Part shown: positions 60,430 through 64,000 of the stretch, in pieces
How the letters are laid out: each line of letters starts with the position of its first letter
How positions within the stretch are numbered: the stretch's first letter is position 1
Assembly (NCBI GenBank): GCA_049971805.1
Contig: JBMFKU010000004.1
Span: 18,462 to 82,461, forward strand
DNA length: 64,000 bases
From: Caldisphaera sp.
GTDB taxonomy: Archaea > Thermoproteota > Thermoprotei_A > Sulfolobales > Acidilobaceae
Direction of reading: 5' to 3'
Notes under the pieces: generated by a model
What the model was told of the DNA's origin: nothing
Database searches by the model: none
Seen by the model: the letters and a program-made list of their open reading frames with translations, nothing else
Position numbers and translations under genes: made by a program

Positions 60430-62451
60430 TTATTTGCCTTTAAAGGAAGCTTTTCTTTTCTCTAAAAATGCTGATACTCCTTCTGCTACATCTTCTGTGC
60501 TAAAAAGTAATCCAAACAGGTTTGCTTCTAGATTTAATCCAGCCCAAATATTGCTTTCTAATCCTTGTTCAATAGAAAGTTTAGCTGCCATTAATGCTAA
60601 AGGTGGTCTTTCGGCTATTTTTAAGGCTAAATCTCTAGTTTCTTGCTCCAATCTTTCTGGAGGTACAACCTTATCTACTAATTTAATAGACAGTGCATCT
60701 TTTGCAGTTATGCTATCACCAGTGAAGATTATAAGCTTGGACTGCCCTCTTCCAACTAATCTAGGTAATCTTTGTGTTCCTCCTGCTCCAGGTATGAATC
60801 CTAAATTAATTTCGGGTTGTCCAAATGCTGCAGTTTCTGAGGCTATTCTTATATCACCACTCATGGACAGCTCTAAACCGCCTCCTAGAGCGTATCCATT
60901 TATAGATACTATTATTGGTTTAGCAAAGAATTGCATTTTAAGTGTTAATTCTTGGAATTTCTTAGAAAATATGGCAGCTTGTACGGGTGTTAAACCTGCA
61001 AATCCTGTTATATCAGCACCTGCACTAAAGGCTCTGCCTGAACCAGTTAGAACCACAACTCTTATATCATCATTTAATTCTAGTTCGTCTAAGGTTTCAT
61101 ATAATTCCTTTATCATGTCTGGCGATATTGCATTTAATTTGTTAGGTCTATTAAGTATAATCCATGCTATCGGTTTTTCATATCTAACCAATAATGTTTT
61201 CTTTGCCTTTTCTTCAACTTTTTTATATTCATAAAATCCTTTACCGGACTTCCTTCCTAAAAGTCCTTGTGATTCCATATTAACGAGCAGGTTTGTGGGT
61301 TCGTATTCATCATTTCCTATTAACTGTTTAAGCTGTTTCAACGCTTTATTGATATTATCAATTCCAAAATCATCTGCAAATTCAAAGAGTCCTTTAGGCC
61401 ATCCTAGGCCTAAAACAACTGCCTTATCAATATCTTCTTTAGTTGCTACATCATTCTCTAATAGCCAAGCACCTTCATTTACAGCGGGTGCCATAAGTAA
61501 AATTGGATCCACTTTATTGGCTAAATCTTTAGGTATTTGAGGTCTAACATAAGCTCCTGGTTTTGGATATTCATAAAATCCTTTACCGGTTTTCATTCCC
61601 AATTCTTTTGAGTTGAATTTCTGTTCAAATAATGGGCAATGAATCATCTTAAATCCTCTTTCTGTCATTGCTTTATTTACAAAGTAAAATACGTCTATAC
61701 CACTATAATCAGCTAATTCGAAGGCACCCATTGGAAAACCTAAGTTATAACGAACAGAAGCATCAACCTCTAATATTGATGCTGTTCCTTTATGTACTAG
61801 CCAGCAAGCTGTGTTCATAAATCTTGCAAGAACTCTATTTGCTATAAAGCCTGGAACATCTTTTTTAACTATAACTGGTTGTTTTCCAAATTTTTTAGCT
61901 ATTTTGTATGTAACTGAAACTGTTTCATCAGATGTCTTTGCTCCTTTTATTATTTCAACTAAAGGCATTAATGGTGGTGGATTAAAGAAGTGCATCCCTA
62001 CAAAAAGTTCTGGAGAAGAAGTTGCGGCAGCAATCTCAGTTATAGGTAAACTGCTTGTATTTGTTGCCATTATTGATTCTTTTTTCCTATTTTTATCAAT
62101 GAACTTAAATAATTGTTGCTTCATTTCCAATTTTTCTGGAATTGCTTCTATAAACAAATCAGCTTCCTTTATAACATTTTCAAATTCTTTAGTAAAGTTA
62201 CCTTGGCTATCAGAATCAACTATTGGTTTTACTCTCGACATTATAGTATCTACACTTTCTTTTAACCCTCCTTTTTCATACATTTTAGATAAGCTCCATT
62301 TCATTTTTTCTAATGCGCTGTTAAGTATTTCATTATTTATATCTGCAATGTAAACTTTATATCCAGCTATAGCAGCAACTTCTGCTATACCATGTCCCAT
62401 AGTTCCTACTCCAATAACTAATATAGTGTTTACTTTATCTTCTGATAACAA
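60430..62451 (-). CDS. 3-Hydroxyacyl-CoA dehydrogenase / enoyl-CoA hydratase fusion
   Basis: GVGTMGHG, EAIPE, NTSSL, GMHFFNP; C-terminal FSAGADI, GGGLEL and PGAGGTQRL. Confidence 0.95.
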   Translation of the reverse strand: MLSEDKVNTILVIGVGTMGHGIAEVAAIAGYKVYIADINNEILNSALEKMKWSLSKMYEKGGLKESVDTIMSRVKPIVDSDSQGNFTKEFENVIKEADLFIEAIPEKLEMKQQLFKFIDKNRKKESIMATNTSSLPITEIAAATSSPELFVGMHFFNPPPLMPLVEIIKGAKTSDETVSVTYKIAKKFGKQPVIVKKDVPGFIANRVLARFMNTACWLVHKGTASILEVDASVRYNLGFPMGAFELADYSGIDVFYFVNKAMTERGFKMIHCPLFEQKFNSKELGMKTGKGFYEYPKPGAYVRPQIPKDLANKVDPILLMAPAVNEGAWLLENDVATKEDIDKAVVLGLGWPKGLFEFADDFGIDNINKALKQLKQLIGNDEYEPTNLLVNMESQGLLGRKSGKGFYEYKKVEEKAKKTLLVRYEKPIAWIILNRPNKLNAISPDMIKELYETLDELELNDDIRVVVLTGSGRAFSAGADITGFAGLTPVQAAIFSKKFQELTLKMQFFAKPIIVSINGYALGGGLELSMSGDIRIASETAAFGQPEINLGFIPGAGGTQRLPRLVGRGQSKLIIFTGDSITAKDALSIKLVDKVVPPERLEQETRDLALKIAERPPLALMAAKLSIEQGLESNIWAGLNLEANLFGLLFSTEDVAEGVSAFLEKRKASFKGK

Positions 62452-62626
62452 ACACCGCTCACCCTATAAATTTAGTTTTTAACGTGGAAATAAACATTTC
62501 ATAATGTTAAACTATTAATAATTTCATGTTGAGAATATAAATTTTGCTCTTATATTTTCAAATAAAAATAAGAAAAGAAAAAAGTAAATTATTTAAAAGT
62601 TTTCTGTTTTACAAATCTAGAGGCAG

Positions 62627-62914
62627 GTGAAAGAAATGAGCGACTATTTAGATCAGGTAAAGGATTTAATAAGAGGCGATATAAGCAAAAGTGGTTTAAA
62701 GATAGAGCCAAGAGGGAAAAATTCGTTTGTGCTAACAAAACAAGGGACTGATTTTATGATTGTAAGAGATTCTGATGAGCAAATTGAGATTTCGTTTAAA
62801 GGCCAAAGATACCAATATGATAAATATTATACGAAGCCTCAGCATTTAGCCCAAGTAATAACAAATGTAATAAATACCCAATTGACTCCTAGTAATGCAC
62901 AAGAAAATAAATAA
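62627..62914 (+). CDS. Hypothetical protein
   Basis: 95 aa ORF (ATG at 62636 possible); convergent with cren7. Confidence 0.65.
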   Translation: MKEMSDYLDQVKDLIRGDISKSGLKIEPRGKNSFVLTKQGTDFMIVRDSDEQIEISFKGQRYQYDKYYTKPQHLAQVITNVINTQLTPSNAQENK

Positions 62915-63018
62915 TTGTTTATAAATGCAATAATTGTTTATTTTCCTATAACCCTATATACTAGTTAAAAATTTTTAAAAAATAAAAAAGTTTTTGGATG
63001 AAATCCAAGGCTTAGAGA

Positions 63019-63201
63019 TTACGGATAGTTATCAGGCACTTTGGCTCTGAAGAACTTGCCGGTCTCTGGGCTCTTAAATAGACCTATCTTAACACCCTTT
63101 CTGCTTTTCGGGGCTAGAGCCCAAACCTTTATAGGCGATAGTTCTACTTCTTTACCCGAAGATGGGTCCTTTACCTTTACAGGCGGAAACTTTTCAGGCA
63201 T
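63019..63201 (-). CDS. creN7: Chromatin protein Cren7
   Basis: [35 protein letters not shown]. Confidence 0.95.
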   Translation of the reverse strand: MPEKFPPVKVKDPSSGKEVELSPIKVWALAPKSRKGVKIGLFKSPETGKFFRAKVPDNYP

Positions 63202-63411
63202 TCATACCACCCTTATTTCTAAGTTTAAAGTTATTAGTCTAAGTTATTAAACATTATTGACGAAGATAAAAATTTTTTATGGGTTATAATTAAGTACCTT
63301 TAAAAGTACTATTAAAGTAAATCTTTAAAATTAGTGGGAAATATAATTTTATTCTTTTTTTACAGCTAACGCGTTTTGCTGGCAAAATAATGATAAGCTT
63401 TGCATAAGGAA

Positions 63412-63480
63412 TTGGGTTCGAGCTTCATTGGGCTTGATATAGTTTTGTATCAAGCCCACAGCTCTTGGCATCAGAGCATG
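63412..63480 (-). ncRNA. Candidate structured small RNA, possibly derived from an IS607/tnpB 3' end
   Basis: 11-bp perfect IR TGGGCTTGATA/TATCAAGCCCA extended by GAGCT/AGCTC; upstream CTTATAAA at 63489-63496; ends ATGAAGCTCGAACCC. Confidence 0.4.
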
Positions 63481-63572
63481 AAGGATTGTTTATAAGAGAA
63501 AGAAGGCAAAGTGTAAAAATTAAAAAATGAATTAAATAGTTGCTTGAAACATTTGGAGCCCTATTTTTTATG

Positions 63573-63686
<114 letters not shown>

Positions 63687-63796
63687 TCCAGCGTTTTATT
63701 TGAGTCTTAAAATCAGGTTTAATAGCTTTATGTTTTTAAGGTAAATAATTTTATGCGATTTTAGCTTTATGGTATAATAATGATAAAGTAAAGATA

Positions 63797-64000
63797 GACC
63801 TCACCCTCCAAAATGAAAGGGACGAGCTTAAGGGGTTTAGGCTTCATAAAATTTTTTAAATTTATATTCAATTCTCAGCCCTTGGGCTTCACCAAGGTCA
63901 CGAGGCATTGCCCAGTTCATATCTCTCTGCCCCTTTAGCGGTATAACCCCAACCCATACACGTTTAATATAACCTTTCTTTACATACTCTTTCAATGTGC
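63797..64000 (-). mobile_element. Internally deleted IS607-family element (tnpA HTH fused to the tnpB tail), running off the window end
   Basis: Minus frame 63998-63837: TLKEYVKKGYIK (IS607 TnpA MerR-like HTH) joined to VWVGVIPLKG..PRDLGEAQGLRIEYK..YEA* (TnpB C-terminal tail); followed by AACCCC and a degenerate palindrome. Confidence 0.65.

Noticed and set aside
60434-62353. Long plus-strand ORFs (266, 81 and 180 aa)
   Set aside because: Antisense shadows of the HADH/ECH gene with no motifs of their own.

Overview
AT-rich core-chromosome segment of a crenarchaeote (Thermoproteota). Evidence for this: Cren7, crenarchaeal SSB, Elf1, CdvB/CdvC, Trm5a/Taw3 and intron-containing tRNAs. The low GC and gene set suggest an Acidilobales/Caldisphaera-like thermoacidophile, but that is inference. 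The window holds the rpl7ae-rps13-rps4-rps11-rpoD-rpl18e-rpl13-rps9-rpoN-rps2 cluster, a mevalonate operon (HMGS-thiolase-DUF35-HMGR), a sugar ABC transporter, many housekeeping and metabolic genes, and five tRNAs (iMet, Ala-CGC, Gly-GCC, Gln-UUG with a 37/38 intron, Lys-CUU with a 45/46 intron). It also holds several eroded IS607/IS200-IS605 (tnpB) remnants. No CRISPR array, rRNA or prophage was seen. Main oddities: (1) two tRNA genes encode C instead of the near-invariant U33, possibly implying anticodon-loop C-to-U editing; (2) the mevalonate-operon thiolase has no cysteine at all, with Glu at the nucleophile position; (3) dispersed tnpB-3'-end (omegaRNA-like) elements, some preceded by a TATA box, plus an internally deleted IS607; (4) cdvB-cdvC without an adjacent cdvA. 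All calls come from reading the sequence by eye; no database search was run.
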